A stretch of 63,676 nt of DNA, the filler included, from Octopus bimaculoides (taxonomy: Eukaryota): assembly GCF_001194135.2 (NCBI RefSeq). It is 5 parts of 5 records of this genome, joined end to end, with 100 filler letters (N's around TTAATTAATTAA, not from the genome) between each part and the next. Parts side by side here need not be neighbours in the genome. Positions count along the whole stretch, not along the records: positions 61,245 to 63,676 come from NW_026431129.1; 4 more parts are not named here. One strand, written 5' to 3'. Below are positions 61,831 through 63,676 of this stretch, piece by piece. Position 1 is the first letter of the stretch. Every line of letters starts with the position of its first letter. Below the pieces are notes generated by a model. That model was not told the origin of the DNA, searched no databases, and saw only the letters and a list, made by a program, of their open reading frames with translations. A program made the translations under genes and the position numbers.

Positions 61831-62531
61831 AAAAGATACACACGCATTCACACACATATATATACACAAGAAGATGTACATTGTTACAGACACTGAGTGT
61901 CAGTGATTTTTTTGTTTTTATGAGGTCATTTTTAATTTATAGACTAGTTTATCAAATCTTTGTATATCTTAGGCTGAGAGAACAAAAGGGCAGGGCTGAG
62001 GGGGCAGAGAAAAATCTTAGTTGGTACAGTCATAAAAATCAAGATTCATTAGAAGCAGTATCATGAGATTTGGTAAAGGAAAACTTAAAACATCTTCTTT
62101 ATACCTTAGTAGCTTCTATGCTGTATGTATGGATGTGCATCTCCATATGTATGGACGTGTGTCTCCATACGTATCCTTGTGTGAAGTAAAGTGTGTGTGT
62201 GTATATATGGTCATGTGTTTCAGTCTTCATTTGTGTATGTGTGTTTGTCTGTTGATATAACCTATATACCTATCCGTCTATATGTTGATCTGATTACTTT
62301 CATGTCCATATGCTTATATACATGTGCATATACATATATATATACACCCACATACANNNNNNNNNNTATATGTTGATCTGATTACTTTCATGTCCATATG
62401 CTTATATACATGTGCATATACATATATATATACACCCACATACACACACATACATACATCTATCTACATAACAGCCCACTAACTATTGTACTCTACCTGT
62501 GTAAATTGTGGATATGGGGGTATGATATCTA

Positions 62532-63676
62532 CTATGTATATTTCCTATTTAGTATCGGGGAAGTTTCATTTAAGAGGACGTACTCCTGTATTTGTCTGGG
62601 TGTTGGGTCCTTTGGGTGCTTGGATAAGATGCGGATGTCAAATTGACCCAGGTTGCCTCCATGTTGGTCCTTGGCATGTTGGTAGAATATGGAGGACTGT
62701 TTTTTGTCGTCATATTGCCTCAAATGTCCATTTAGTCGTTCCCCAATGCTCCTAGATATCTCTCTTATGTAAGCCATGCTCATGTTTTTAGAAGCACCTT
62801 CTATGCATCTTATACTGTAACCTACATTTCTAGTTCTACAGTTAATGCCAGGGCTAATCCTACATACAATGCAGTTATCATTGGTACATACGGTTTTCTC
62901 AAAGGGGTACGTCCTACATAGTTGTGATCTGATGGAATTCCCTGGCTTTCCAACAATATTAATGTTGAGTTTGGTCTCCTTCAGGGCTTTTCTAAATCTT
63001 CGGGCTAGTTCTCCATGGGCTGTGTCCTCTACAAACATCACTCCTTGATATTTGTCGGTTTTTTATAACGTGTTCGCTTTGTATTCTATTCCAGTCTTTG
63101 TTTCTATATCTAGGGCAGGTACCACTGGTATCATTACGTATAATGTTATCTAATTTCCTTGTAGCACTCCTGTATACACGAACCCTATCCTTCTGATCAT
63201 ATCCAGAGAATTGCATGCGGTGCATGAAGTTCTGTATATATGCTTTTCGTTTCATAGGGTTCGCATAGTGGGGACACGTTGTTCATTATCCTAACTAAAT
63301 TTGCTATCAGTATGTTTATTTTCATGTTGTGTGACAAATCTGAGTTCTTGTGAACAACATATTTTGAAGCTATGGGTTTCATGTAATAGGAGTGGAGAAG
63401 CTGCACTCTATTGTTCACAGTTTCTAACCAAAGTTCAGTATCAAGTACGGAGAGTCTATTGTTAGGGTGCTCAGTGTTGGGGTGCTTTGGTGGATAGAGC
63501 TAGCTATTTGCTGGATGCTCTCCATTACGTTCCTCTCAGTTTCTACACTACCGTTACTAGAGTTGGTCCTAACTATGATATTAATGTCATTTACATATCT
63601 ACTGTAGAGCAGAAGCGTTGTGGACAGTTCTGCTAACATATGCTTAAGTTTTCTGTCCCACCAGGTCATGAAGAGG
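62532..63676 (-). mobile_element. Penelope-like retroelement (Naiad-like) RT-thumb-GIY-YIG relic
   Basis: LFMTWWDR..LLYSRYVNDI...IASSIH...LSVLDTELW...HSYYMKP..SKYVVHKNS...RMQFSGY...MFVEDT...CTNDNCIVC...CRTRNVGYSIRC..AYIREISRSIGERL..H...DPTPRQIQE..P.LNRK. At least 3 frameshifts; YVDD is YVND; continues past the window end. Confidence 0.85.

Noticed and set aside
62279-62444. 78-bp exact direct repeat flanking a 10-N gap
   Set aside because: Signature of unmerged overlapping contig ends, so an assembly artefact.

Overview
AT-rich, microsatellite-dense eukaryotic DNA with many N gaps. The repeat content resembles an octopus/cephalopod genome, but that assignment is inference. I found no convincing host protein-coding exon: the supplied ORF track is almost entirely microsatellite or N read-through, apart from transposon relics. 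Relics present: at least four tRNA-type SINE families (dozens of copies), four copies of a hAT/Charlie-type MITE (two with exact 8-bp TSDs), a Helitron relic ending in hairpin+CTAG, mariner and Tigger/pogo transposase relics, two LINE fragments (RTE/CR1-type RT; R4/Dong-type 3' end), and three Penelope-like (GIY-YIG) ORF relics from two lineages. The most striking signal is invisible to the ORF track: seven separate minimal type-I hammerhead ribozyme motifs. Five have the canonical CUGANGA/GAAA core (2700+, 6291+, 13945-, 22305-, 41281-) and two share an A6U + extra-A variant core (1172-, 21784+). Most have a palindromic helix III, as known for Penelope-like terminal repeats and retrozymes. 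There are also several long hairpins, including a pre-miRNA-sized one at 41402-41475, and four artificial 100-bp TTAATTAATTAA assembly linkers.
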